A stretch of DNA of 64,000 nt, taken from NCBI RefSeq assembly GCF_009914755.1, contig NC_060926.1; one strand, 5' to 3'. Within the stretch, counting starts at the first letter, position 1. Each line of letters opens with the position of its first letter. Positions 41,961 through 57,175 of this stretch are shown piece after piece. This stretch comes from the human T2T-CHM13v2.0 reference genome, Homo sapiens. A program made the translations under genes and the position numbers. Below the pieces are notes generated by a model that was given only the letters and a program-made list of their open reading frames with translations, did no database searches and was not told the DNA's origin.

Positions 41961-44900
41961 ACAGACAAATCCTTGCCATCTTGAAGTGGGGTGGTAATAG
42001 AAAGGACAGAGATCAGAAATTATATAGTATACAAGGAGATAAATGCCACTGAGGAATATAAGGCAATACAGGGAACCAGGAAGTATGTAGCAGATGGGAA
42101 TTTTATACAGGTGACCAGAGAAAGCCTTACTAAGAAGCTAACATTTGTGCACAGGTTCAAAGGAGGTGAAGGAGTAGGTCAAGTGAGAGACTTTGAAGGC
42201 CTGAGCTAGGGTAGTGATTGGTCGGACAGAGAAGGATGGCAGATTGGAGAAATACCAAGTAAATAAAGTAGGCAGGATTGGTGGGTGTTTAGAAATAGTG
42301 AGTAAGGGACAGTGAGGCTAGAGTTACCTTCAGAATCCTGACTTAGATAACATTCCAGATAGCTTCCTAAATACTCCTTCACTTATTAAGCCAAAATATT
42401 CACTACTTACATATGCAATTGTATTATCTAACCCACATAAGCTACAAGCTAATTCTAGTTATCCTAGTTATTGTCCCATAACTTACACAAACCTAAATAG
42501 CAAAGTTAAACATTCTGACAGCTGATGCTGAATAATTAGTGAGTTCCATAACCATGATAGGGAACAAAAGATCAGAGTTAGTCTACGGAGCAAGGAAAGT
42601 TGCTTTTCTTGTAAACTTACTAAATATATGGCACTTCTGGAGGTAGATGATGGTAGATGAGAACCACAGTGTGCAATACTGACCAGAAAGCATGTAATGA
42701 GGAACAGCAGATCAGACCACAGTCCTTGGGACTCCACCATTTGGCAGGCAGATAGAATGAAGTTCCCATGAGAGACTGATAAACTAGGTGCTGGTGGTAT
42801 TACAAAAACCAAGAGAGTTAAGTCAAAGTCAAATGAAGGAGAAATACAGAAAATAAGGACTGAAAATTTCCACTTCATTGAGCAATTAGAAGACTTCTGC
42901 TAATCTCTGCCTGAAGAGTTTCAGTAGAGAAAGAACAAAGCCAGGTCTCAGATGGTTGAAGAATAATTAAGAGGTGAACTAATGGAGATGGTCAGAGTAA
43001 GCCAATTTTTCTAGGAGATTATCAGAGCAAGTGAGAAAAAAATAAAAATAAAAAGCAAGGTAGCAGCTAAAGAGAAAAGCTTGTAGGATCAAGGCAGGGA
43101 ACTGTTAGAATGGGAGAGTCTTGAACATATCTCTGCTTAAGTGAAAGAGCTGGTAGAGAATGAAGGCTAAAAACCAAAGAAAGAAAGTGTAACAGATGAA
43201 ACAAATTTCTAGATGAAGCTGAAGAGATGGGATGGGTTTGCCTTCAATAGAGATGACTACATCTATTCTGTGGTCATGAATGGAAGCGAATGAAGGCTGA
43301 AGGTCACTAAAATGGAAAAGGTCTAGAAAGTCTGAAGCTGTAATAATGATTGCAATATGACCACCACCACTGGCTAGACTTTAGATAAAGAACACTGTGA
43401 GCCAGACAACAAAGTTTTAAATAAACATAGAAGAAAAGCTGGAAAATCATACTTTCTCTTCCCTGGGGAGCCCAAAAGACAGCTTGTCAGCCCTCCGAGC
43501 CTGCAAGTGTCCAGCCTGACAACTAGCATGACATGCCTGTCCCTAGCAAAACTATACCACCATCAAAAACTCCTGCAGCCTAGGCCACTGAGGAAATCAG
43601 ACATTGCTGTGAAGATTACAGCTGACGAAACTACACAGAGACCATGGTACTGAATCCACCCCAAACCAAAGCCAATGTACCATACCCAACCAACACTCTA
43701 GGACCCATCTACAGGAAAAGTCTCTCCCTGTGAAAGCTACTGCATACAACTGGAAAATGTGACTATTCCACTAGATGTGCAGATGTCACAAGAAACATGA
43801 AAAAGCAAGGACACACGACACTGCCAAAGGAACACAGTGAGTCTCTAGTAACAGACCCCAAAGAAAAGGGTGTTTATAAAATGCCTGAAACAAAATTAAA
43901 AATAATGATCTTAAAAAAATTCAGCAGGCTACAAGAGAATACAAACAACCCAATGAAATCAGGAAAGTTATAAAATGAGAAATTAAAACAAGATCTATCA
44001 TTTAAAACACAGAAATCTGAAGAATGCAGTGAATAAAAGACACAATCGAGAGCTTCAAGAATAGACCAGATCAAGCAGAAGAAAGAATTTCAAAATCTGA
44101 AAATAGGTTTTGTGAAATAACCCAAAGTTTAAAAAAAACTAAGCAAAGAAATTTTTGCATTATAGAACTGGCAGATGGAGAAAAGTTGAAGAAAGGCACA
44201 GAAAACCTATTTAATGAAATAATAGCTAAAAACTTCCCAAATATTGGGGGAGATATAGACATCCAGATGAAGGAACCACAAAGATTCCCAATTAGATTAA
44301 ACCCAAAAAGATTCTCTCTGTGGCACATTATAGTCAAACTGTCAAAAGTTGAAGACAGAGAATTCTAAAATCTGCAAGAGAAAAGCATCAAGTTACATGT
44401 AAGGGAATCCTAATTAGACTATCAGTAGATTTCTCATCAGTAACATTAAATTACTGATGTATGCCAGGAGAGAAAGGGATAATTTATTCAAGATGCTAAA
44501 AGAACAAAAAAAAACGAGTCTCGGCCAAGGACAAAAGATACTATATCCAGCAAAACTATCCTGGAGGAGAATAAAGGCCTTCCCAGACAAACAAAAGCTG
44601 AGGGAATTCACTCCTACACCAGCCTTACAAGCAATGTTTACAGGAGTGCTACAGCTGTAAATGAAAAAATGATAACTATCATGAACACATGTGAGAATAT
44701 AAACCTCACCAATAGAGGTAAATGTATAAATCCAACTCAGAATTCCCCAGTGATATCATGTTACTATGTAAACCTGTCGATCCTCTAGATGAAGGTTTAA
44801 AGTACAACTGGTCAAAAACAACAACAGCTACAATGGCTAGGGAACACATACTAAAGAAATAAAGGCAACAAAAATATAAATTAGGGATGGCGGAGGAAAA

Positions 44901-45846
44901 AAGTCTAGAGTATTTTTATGTGACCAAAGTTAACTTGCTATCAGCTTAAAATAGTTTATTATAACTACAAGACTTTTTATGTTAGCCCCATGGTACCCAC
45001 AAAGAAAGCAATTACAACAGATACATAAACAAGAGATAGAAGGAAAACAAAGCTTAGGACCACAGAAAATGACCAAACCACAGAGGTAAACAAGAGAGAA
45101 AGAAGAACTGAGAATCTACAAGACAACCAGAAAACAAGTAACAAAATGGGAGAAATAAGTTCTTATCAATAAAAACCTTGAATGTAAATAAATTATCTAA
45201 TGAAAAGATATAAAGTAGCTGCAGGACTGGAAAAAAAACTCAGCTACATGCTGCCTAAAAGAGGCTTACCTCACCGTTAAAGACAGACTGAAAGTGAAGA
45301 AATGGAAAAAGATATTCCATGCAATCAGAATCCAAAAGTGAGCAGGAGTAGCAATACTCATATCAGACAAAATAGACTTTAAGTCAAAAACTGTAAAAAG
45401 AGACAAAGAAGGTCATAATATGATAAAGGGATCAATTCAACAACAGGATATAACAATTATAAACATACATGTACCTAATACCTAAGTACCCAGATACATA
45501 CAGCAAATATTCAACCTAAAGAGATAAACTCCAATACAATAATAGTAAGAGACTTTAACAGCCCACTTTCAATAATGAATAAATTATCTAGACATACATA
45601 CACAAACACACACAGAGAGATCAAGAAATATTGGACTTAAGCTGAACCATAGACCAAATGCACCTAGCAGACACTTACAGAACATTCCGTCCAACAGCTG
45701 CAGATACACATTCTTCTCAAATGCACATGGAACATTCTTGAGGAGAGATCACATGTTAGGCCACAAAACAAGTCTTAACAAATTTTAAAAGATTAAGATA
45801 ATATCAAGTATCTTTACTGACCACAGCGTTATAATACTAGAAATCA

Positions 45847-46294
45847 GGCCAGGTGCAGTGGCTCATGGCTGTAATCCCAGCACTTTGGGAAGCCAAGGTG
45901 GGCAGGTTGCTTGAGCCCAGCAATTTGAGAACAGCCTGGGCAACATGGCAAAACGGCGAAAGCCATCTCTACTAAACATACAAAACAAAACAAACAAAAA
46001 CAAAAAACAAATTTAACCAGGCACAGTGACACACACCTGTAGGCACAGTGACACACACCTGTAGTCCCAGCTACTTGGGAGGCTGAGGTGAGAGGATTGC
46101 TTGAGCCCAGGAGGCAGAGATTGCAGTAAGCCAAGATTGTGCCTCTGCACTTGGGCCTGGGAGACAAAGCAATACAGAAGGGAGGGAGGGAGGGAGGGAG
46201 GGAGGGAGGGAGGGAGGGAGGGAGGAAGGAAGGAAGGAAGGAAGGAAGGAAGGAAGGAAGGAAGGAAAGAAGGAAGGAGAAAGAAAAGAAATAA
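45847..46294 (+). mobile_element. AluJ with (GGGA)n(GGAA)n tail
   Basis: TSD actagaaatca at 45836-45846 and 46295-46305; internal 22-bp tandem duplication at ~46019-46063. Confidence 0.92.
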
Positions 46295-46557
46295 ACTAGA
46301 AATCAACAATGAGAAAAACTGACAACTTCACAAATCATGGAGACAAAATGCTCCTAAACAACCAATGGGTCAGTGAAGAAATTAAAAAGGAAATTAAAAT
46401 TTTTCTTGAGACAAGTGAGAATGAAAATATACCATAACAAAACCTACGAAACATAGCACAAGCAGTTTTAAGAGGTAAGTTTATAGTATTAAATGCCCAT
46501 ATCAAAAAAGACAACAGATTTCTGACAAACAGCCTAATGATGAACCTCAAGGCACTA

Positions 46558-46892
<335 letters not shown>

Positions 46893-48775
46893 AGAACAAA
46901 CTAATCCCAAAGTTGGTAGAAGTAAGGAAGTAATTCAACTCAGAGGAGAAATAAATGAAATAGAGACTAAAAATAATTTCAAAAGATGAACAAAATTTAG
47001 AGTTGGTTTTCAACAAGTTTCATCAAATTTGATAACATAGAAAAAACGAAGTCCCCGACACATACAACCTATCAAGATTAAGTTAGGAAGACATAAAATC
47101 TGACCAGACCAATAATAAGTGAGGAAATTGAATCAGTAATAAAGTCTTTCATCAAAGAAAGGCCCAGAAACGAATGGCTTCACTGCTGAACTCAACCAAA
47201 CATTTAACAAACCAATATCAATTCCTCTCAAAATATTTCAGAAAACTGAAGCAAAGGGAATACTTCCAAACTCATTTCATGAGTCAAGCATCACCCTAAT
47301 TCCAAAATCAGATAACAATACAACACAGGAAACTATAGTACAATATCCCTGATGAACATAGGTGCAAAAATTCTCAAGATATTAGCAAACCAAATCCAAC
47401 AGCACATTAGAAAGATAACTTGCTACATTCAAGTGCGATTCATCACTGGGATCAGAGGCATGCAAGAATGGTTTAACATACACAAAGCAGTAAATGTGAT
47501 ACACATTAACAAAGACAAAAACTGTATGATCATTTTAATAGATGCATTAAAAGCCTTTGACAAAATGTGGCATAATTTCATGATTAAAAACCCAACAAAT
47601 TAGGTATGGAAAGTTTGTACTTCAACACAAAGGCCACATATGACAAATCCACAGCTAACATCATACTGAATGGGAAAAGACCAATAACGAGATCAATTCT
47701 AAGATCAATAACAAGGAAAGGATGGCCACTTACACAATTTCTATTCAACATACTACTGAAAGTTCTAGCCAGATAAACTGGGCAAGAGAAAGAAGTAACG
47801 AGCATCCAAATTAGAAAGAAGCATGTCAAACTGTCCCTGTTTGCAGAAGATATGATCTTATAGATAGAAAACCCAAAATGCTCCACAAAAGAACTGTTAG
47901 AATTCAGTAAAGTTGCAAGACACAAAATCAACATATAAAAATCAGTAGCATTTCTATACACTAATATTGTACTATGTGAAAAATCAAGAAAACAATTCCA
48001 TTTATAGTACTTTTTTAAAAAAAAAGATACCTAGAAATAAACAACCAAGGAAGTGAAAGAATCTCTACACTGAAAAGTATAAAACTTTGATGAAAGAAAT
48101 TATCTTCCCACATCAATAAATGGGAAGATAGTACATGTTCATGGATTGAAATAATTATATTGTTAAAATGGCCATACTACCCAAAGTGATCTACGGATTT
48201 AATGCAATTGCTATCAGAATACCAACACCATTCTTTACAGAAATGTTACAATCTGAAAATTCATGCAGAACCACAAAAAAAACCCCAAATAGCCAAAGCA
48301 ACCCTGAGCAAAAAGAACAAAACTGGAAGTATCATACTACCTGACTTCGAAATATACGATAAAACTATATCAACACAGCATGGTACTAGCATAAAACCAG
48401 ACAGACCCATGAAATAAAATGGAAAGCCCAGAAATAAATTTTTGCACCTACAACAGCCAACTGAATTTTTAAGATGTCAAGAACATGCACTGGGAAAAAG
48501 ACAGTCTCTTCAACAAATGGTACTAGGAAAATCAGATATTCACATGCAGAAGAATGAGATTAAACCCCTCCCTCTCACCATATACAAAAATAAAAATAGA
48601 TTAAAGATTTAAAATGTAAAACTTGAAAACTATGAAATTACAAGAAAAAAGGGAAATTATTCTCGACACTGACCTGAGCAAGGATTTTTAAAATAAGACC
48701 TCAAAAGCATAGACAAAATAAGATTACATCAAACTAAAAAACTTTGCACCTTGAAGAAAACTATTAACAAAGTGA

Positions 48776-49174
<399 letters not shown>

Positions 49175-50835
49175 AACTTGATTTTTTAAATGGGCAAACG
49201 ACTTTAATTGATAGGTCTCAAAAGAAGACATATAAATGATCAACAGGTGCATTTAAAAGATACTTGACATCACTAATCATCAGGGAAATGCAAATCAAAA
49301 CCACAATTAGATACACCTCACTCCAGTTAGAATGGCTATTGCCAAAAAGACAAAAGAAAATAAGTACTGACACAGATATGGAGAAAAGGGAACACTTACA
49401 CACCGGTGGTATGATTGTAAACTAGTACAGTCAATATGGAAAACAGCATGGAAGTTCCTAAAACAATTAAAAATAGAAGTATCATATGATCCAGCAATCC
49501 CACTACCAGGTATGCATCCAAAGGAAATAAAATGAGTATGTTGAAGAGATCTGCAATCCCATATTTACTGCAGCACTATTCACAATGGCCAAGATATGGA
49601 ATCAACCTAAGCGTACAACAATGGATGAATAAAGAAAATGTGATACAGAAACATAATGGAATACTAGTCAGCCATTAAAAAATAAAGTCCTGTCAATTGT
49701 GAATGCTAAGCCTGGAGGACATCGTGTTAAGAGAAGTAACCCAGACACAGAAAGACAAATACCACATGTCACTCACATGTAGAATCTTTTTCTATTATAA
49801 AAGGTTGATATAGATAAGGCAGAGATTAGAATAGTTACCAGAGACTGGGAAGGGGAGGGGAGAAGGAAGGATGGAGAGAGGTTAGTCAAAAGACACAAAG
49901 TTACAACTAGGTAGGAAGAATAAATTCTGGTGTTTTGTTGCATAGTATGGTGACTATGGTTAACAGTAAAATACTATATATTACAAAATAACTAGAAGAG
50001 AGTCTTTTGAATGTTCTAACCCACAAGGAAATAATGAAAGTGTGAGGTGAAGGATAACTAACTACTTTGATTGGATAATTGTACAACGTAAATATCAAAA
50101 CATCAAATAGTATCTCATAAATATATACAATTACAATGTGTCAATTAAATTTTTTTAAACAATTAAAAAGTTATTAGACCAGCTGTTGGATCTGGTTGAG
50201 TTAATGTGCTTAAGAAGCACATGCATAACTTTATATCACACATTTAAAATATTTCTCTACTTAAAAAAAAAAAAAATCCCCAAAAAGCGCTGATACTTTG
50301 TGCCTCCCAAATTGACTTATAGCCTCTTTTCGAAAGCCTCACTTCTACAGGGAAGGGTAATAACACATCCATTATTCCAGGTCATCCCTGAACCCAATAA
50401 AAAGAACTACAATTACTACGGTTATGCTCATTTACCCTGCCAACAAGACCATCAATTTGTCCCAATTTTGGCAGTCAGAGCCTTCATAAAATACATTAAT
50501 GTCTTTGCTTATTACTCAAGATGGAAAATTAGAAAAAGATCACATAGTATTTTATTTCATCAGTGAAAACAAAGTACTATGAGGTTTAAAAACTAAGCAA
50601 TCTTGAAAACATACGTATGTTCTAATAATCTCCAGTGATCTCCCCTACCCACCCTCATCCTTTTCTGAGGCAGCCAGTCACTTGCCAACCAGCAATGGAC
50701 ATGCTCTCCCCCCACCACATCCTACCATATCATGTCCTCCCAAGTACAGTAACTTTGATGTAGCTCCCTCTTCCATTTAATCTTTTACCACTCACATCTA
50801 AGCTTATTCAACAACAGAGCATTTCTAACATTTAA

Positions 50836-51111
<276 letters not shown>

Positions 51112-52526
51112 TAGGCTTCTGTGCCCCCAATTTTAGAGGCCCAAAGTGGTTTGAATACCAGGTATTAATTACAAAGAAAAAGGGTACACCTGTATGAAGG
51201 AAAAGACCACCAAATGGTTTTAGGGCATAATTAAACAAAGAATCAGTACTTGCAACCTTTAAAGTTACAAATCTGTCAAGATGTATTTTAAACTCTACTG
51301 CCAGGGGTGCACTAATTAAACCTATTTTACCTTAATCACCACTCAATATAAAACAGCATTTCTTTTCTCATGTCATTGTTTGCTTTTTTTGTACACAAAT
51401 ACTGCAACATTGGTTTGTATGACCTCTCATTGCACAATGTCTCATTTTAATTCTATAGCATTTCAGCTGCACTGTAGGTTAAACTGGCTCTTTGGGCTAA
51501 TCCAAACTGTAATTATAAACTTCTATATTGCATAACTCGAATTGCCTGAAAGACTTACAAATAATTCCATAGCTATATCCCTAGCTTTTAACTTAAAAGG
51601 TTCAAGAAAATACTACACCTTGGTTTTTAAAACACCTGAAAACACTTTAAGGTCAAAGACTGTTTTCGTGAAGCGAGCGAGCATGGCACATGCAGCACAG
51701 GCAGAATTCACAATCGCAACCAGTGCTGAATCCCTGGCTAGTTGGTTTCATTTTGTTAGACTTTTGAGCAAGACTTTAAGACAGTGAGTCTATTCTGTAA
51801 CATAAATACCACACTGTGTCTTGTTTTCCAACAGGGGAAGGCAATTTTTTTAATTTCATAAATTTGTATTTAGCTAAAAGAGGTTGAATACCAAATTCCA
51901 TCTCCCCCAAGTCATCTCCTCGCAAGTAGAGTAACCTTGATGTAGTTCCTCCCCCATTTCATCTGTCTTTCACCGCTCACATCTAAGCTAATTCAACAAT
52001 GGGGAGTATTTCTCGAGTTTGGACTTAGAAATAAGACTATATGAAAGTCTACTTATAAGACTTGCAAAATGGTCTTTATAAAATATCTGTTAAGTCTATA
52101 AGGCTATTTGACTAAGACGTGAAAATAGACTCGAAGTATTTGTTGTAAACTACAGCATTATAACTTTTTTAGGTAACTAAAATTTTAAGTCAATAAAAGG
52201 CAAACGTTAAGCAAACCGCTTGACGTAACTAAGCATCGCAAAACTGTGATCCAATAATCTAGGGTCAATATTAAAAATCAAAAGTTTCTAGACCGAGCCT
52301 GAAGAAGTCTTAATTCTAGACAATGGCAAGGAAGGTGAGGGGCAGAAAAAAACCCAGAAACACTCCCAACGCTCTGGAGTTACATTTTCAAGTCAGCAAA
52401 ATGAGAGTTGGATTCAGAACTCTTGTGTAGGCATAATCTGTGAGATGTTTATAGTTTCAATGTACCATCAAAGTTAATGGATTAAAACTTTTTCAACTTG
52501 GAGGGGAGGAGTAGTTGACCTTCTCA

Positions 52527-53330
<804 letters not shown>

Positions 53331-53409
53331 AGAGGAAGAATAAGTGGCTCCCTCCGCCTAGCTTCTCCTGTAAAGTACGATTTCGTACTTTTCGTTACCC
53401 TCGAGTTAA

Positions 53410-53575
53410 ACCAGCCCTCCTCAATCTTAAACTTGCATATAATCGCTTGGGCATCTTGTTCAAATGGAGATTCTTATTGCATAGGTGTGGGACTGGCCCC
53501 CAGATACCACATATCTAAGAAAATACTAGGTGATGGATCCCACTGGCCAAGGAACACACTTAGAGTTGCAAGGGT
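53410..53575. mobile_element. MER5-like MITE just upstream of the promoter
   Basis: cttgttcaaatggagattct...aggtgatg...acacttagagttgcaaggg. Confidence 0.55.
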
Positions 53576-54004
53576 GGAAGCCTCTGTTTTTCCACCTCCT
53601 TTCCAGAGGGTTCCCTGGAGAGCACAGGTGACGCTTTACAACCCTGTTTCAGAGTAGTAGCGCACTTCCCAAAACCCCTGAGGGGAAGCTAGAGATAAGG
53701 CCCTGGTTTGCATAGACAAATTTGCATCTGACAAATTCAGTATTAAAGGTAAGTGCCTCCAGGTGTAAGTATTTAGGGTCCTACTTTCCCCCAAGGTAGC
53801 GCCTCTGCAGTCTTGTCTTTGCCTGGATCTTGCACTCCCTTGAGGGAGATTACAAGCAGCAGGGCTTCACTTTCACGCACTGCCATAAAGAAGTGTCACC
53901 TGGAAAAGGAGAAGAGCCCTGGGGGGGTTCACCCTTTTCTCCTGATAACTGAGATTTCTAAAATCAGCTGCTCATTAATTTTGATAACACAGAGAGTCTG
54001 GAGG

Positions 54005-54185
54005 CTAGTGATTCTCAATTGTGGTTGCACATTAAAGTTACATAGGGAACTTTTGAAAACCCAAATGTCCAGGCCACGCTCAAGACAACTAAGCTGGAAT
54101 CTCTGGAGGCGAGACCCAGACTTCCGGATTTTTAAAAGTTCCCAGGTAATTCCAATGTTCAGCCAAGGCTGATAATGGCTGCTCT
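54005..54185. mobile_element. MER5A-like MITE
   Basis: agtgattctcaa...gaatctctgg...tttttaaaagttcccaggtaattccaatg.cagccaagg.tga. Confidence 0.8.
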
Positions 54186-55139
54186 AAGCAGGGTGATAAA
54201 ACAGGGAGCTGAGTACTTGTAATGGGGAAGCAGTCAGGAAGAAAGTGAGTCCCTGGGAAGAGGAGCAGAGTGGGAAGTAAAGCAGAAGGCTTTTTTTTTT
54301 TTTAAACAAGATCATTATCATCATATTGAAAAGAAGGAGTAGGGGAGTTGAAAAGGAAATTAAATTCATAGGGTTGTAGATCTAGTTCCAGTGTTCTAGT
54401 GCCTAAACAGTTCTATCATAGAGGCAGCAAATTCTTAATTCTGTCCTCATTCCTGGTCACACTGCAGAGTCACAGAAAGAGCTAACTATAGCAGGAGTTT
54501 CTCAAGGTTCTTAGCTCAGACGGTTTGTAGGCCTAACCAAATCCCTACCAAACATAAAGCACTGTGCACCAGTTAAGCTAGGACTCTTACTGTTTAATGC
54601 TCCGACAATAAGTACCCAAGCTTCGAGGAAAAGCAAGGAAGAGCTTCAGTTTGATCTGACTGCAGTGAGCTATTTCTTAGAGCAGAAGTGCAGCTGCTGC
54701 TAAACCCCATGCAGGCTTCAGGTGGCTCTGTTCAGCAGTCATTAGAGGGAAAAGGACGGTGCCCTTCGCAGAATGAGTTGCAGTTCTGGAGTCAGCATCT
54801 TGTATTCACAGCTGTTAGGCAATCAACACAATTAGAGCTCACTGGCATTTTAAAAGCTCACCCAGAGCCAGTGCAAACAGGCCAAGCCAATGGCTACTCC
54901 TTAGGAGCTTTGCAAAGGGGCAAGTTGCCATTTTTCAAGCTTCACTCAAGCCAGGAAGTCAAAAACACTGGCTTTGAATTGTCCTGAAGATGGAAGTAAT
55001 AAGGATTGTGTTTCCTTCTTTCTTTCTTTTTCCTTTGATAAGCTGCCTTCTTCCAGGGCTGGAGTGCCCTAGGGCTCTCTTTAGGATCTATCCACACACT
55101 GTCCCGTGCTTTATGTACCATCCAGGGTTCTGCAAATGA

Positions 55140-55920
55140 TGTCACCAGCTCCAACCACTCTCCTGAACTTTAGGTATTATGTCCAGCTCCCTACCTGACA
55201 TCTCTACTTGGCTGTCCAATAAGCTTCTAAAACATATCTAAAACCAGACTCATGATTTTCCATCACAAACCTGTCCCTCTCAGAATGTTTCAAATCTGTA
55301 GTATCAAAATCCTTGATATCATCCATGTCTCCTTTGTCTCATGCCTTCAATCCAATCTACCAGCAAATCCTGTCCATTCTGTCTAGAACATATAGTCCTT
55401 TCTGCCTGCTGTCATTGCAGTCTGCACTTCTGCACCCCTCAGCTGGACAACTTCAGTCTCCGCTCTCCCAACCCAGCTCTCTGCTTTCGGTTTCCCCTGT
55501 GCTGGCACCTCCAGCCCAGAGCCAATTTTCCATTTTGGAGTTACATTGTGCCTTTAAAAAATAACGAGAGCATATAACCCTGCTCACAGCCTTCCATTGA
55601 CTTCCCATTATTCTTGGAATAAAGTCAAAATGCTTAGCAAGGCGAGAGGTCCTTTATAATCTGGACCCTGGCTATGTCTCCGAGATCACCTACTAACTTT
55701 TTCCCCTTGCTCATTCACACAAAGCCTTCTTGCCAGTCCTCAAACACATTGAGAAGAATAATCCCTTCTCAGAGCATTCGCTTTTGCTGTTCCCTCTGAC
55801 TGGAATGCTTTTCTCCCCACCAGATGGTTCATTCTTTCACTTTGCTCATTTTTCTGTTTAAAGGCCACCACCTCAAAGAGGCCATTCCTGAGCACCCTCC
55901 ATAATTCACCATCCTGTAAA
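55140..55920 (+). mobile_element. L2 remnant (further L2 3' pieces at ~56770-57015 and ~57830-58345)
   Basis: acatctctacttgg, atccaatctaccagcaaatcctg, ttgctgttccctctgactggaatgct. Confidence 0.75.
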
Positions 55921-55922
55921 CC

Positions 55923-56758
55923 TGTGTATTCATTTCTTACTGCTGCTGTATCTAATTACCACAAATTTAGTGACTTGAAACAAAACCAATGCATTGTTTT
56001 ACATTTCTGGAGGTCAGAAATCCAAAATCAGTTTCACAGGACTAAAATCAAGGTGCCAGCAGGCCTATATATTCCTTCTGTAGGCTCTAGAGGAAAATAT
56101 ATCTCCTCTTTTCTGGCTTCTAGAGCAGCAGTCCCCAACCTTTTTGGCACCAGGGACTGGTTTTGTGGAAGACAGTTTTTCCACGGATGGGGGCAGTTTG
56201 AAGGGGTGAGCATTTTGGAGGCATTAGATTCTCATAAGGAGCACAAACTAGATCCCTTGCATGTGCAGTTCACAGTAGGATTCAGGCTGCTATGAGAATC
56301 TGATGCTGCCACTGACCTGACAGGAGACAGGGCTCAGGTGGTAAAACTTGCTTGTCCACCAGTCACCACTCACCGCCTGCTGGGCAGCCTGGTTCCAAAC
56401 AGGCCACAGACAGGTACTGGTCCATGGCCCAGAGACTGGGGACCCCTTTTCTAAAGGTCACCTGTGGATTTTGTTTTGTTCTGTTTTGTTTGTTTTGGCT
56501 CATGTTCACTTTTTCCAACTTCAAAGCCAGCAGTCTAACATCTCTCCTCTTTGCTTCTATCCTTAAATCGTCTCTTTTCCTCTGTCTTTGACCTTTGTCC
56601 CCCGTCTTAGATAAGGACTCTTATGATTACATTGGGCCTGCCCAGATAACCCTTAATTATGTTTTCAAAGCCTCTTTTGCTATGTAAGGTAACATATTCA
56701 CAGGTTCTGGGGATTGAAACATGGACATCTTCACGCTGCCATTAATCTCTCTACCATA
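55923..56758 (-). mobile_element. MaLR LTR (MLT1C/D-like), interrupted by MER1B
   Basis: aattaccacaaatttagtgacttgaaacaa...ttctggaggtcagaaatcc...aggtaacatattcacaggttctggggatt. Confidence 0.85.
56126..56448. mobile_element. MER1B hAT-Charlie element
   Basis: cagcagtccccaacctttttggcaccagggac...tggggacccct; 8-bp TSD ttctagag / ttctaaag. Confidence 0.9.
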
Positions 56759-57104
56759 ACCTGCTTTAGTATTCTTTACAGCACTTACTATTAATTCTTA
56801 TTACATACTTCTTTGTTTATTGTCTAGCTTCCCCACTAAGTTAGTGTACTTAGTAACAATACTGAAATACAGAGAACACTCAGTAAATTTTAAGTTTGTT
56901 AGAATATAAGCCCCCTGATGGCAGAGAATTTATCTTGTTCACCATTAAATCCCCAGTATCTATCACAGTTCTTAGTACACAGTAAGTGCTCAATTAATAT
57001 CTGAAAGAATGAACTTCTTCAACATTTATCTATAACAATAATACCAAGATACCCCAATTATTTCACGTTAGTTCCTGAAGATCAATTGTCTCATTAGTGA
57101 TTCA

Positions 57105-57132
57105 TGTGTATATATATATATGTTTATATATA

Positions 57133-57173
<41 letters not shown>

Positions 57174-57175
57174 GT
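57105..57175. repeat. Compound (TA)n(TG)n(TA)n microsatellite
   Basis: Seen directly. Confidence 0.96.
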
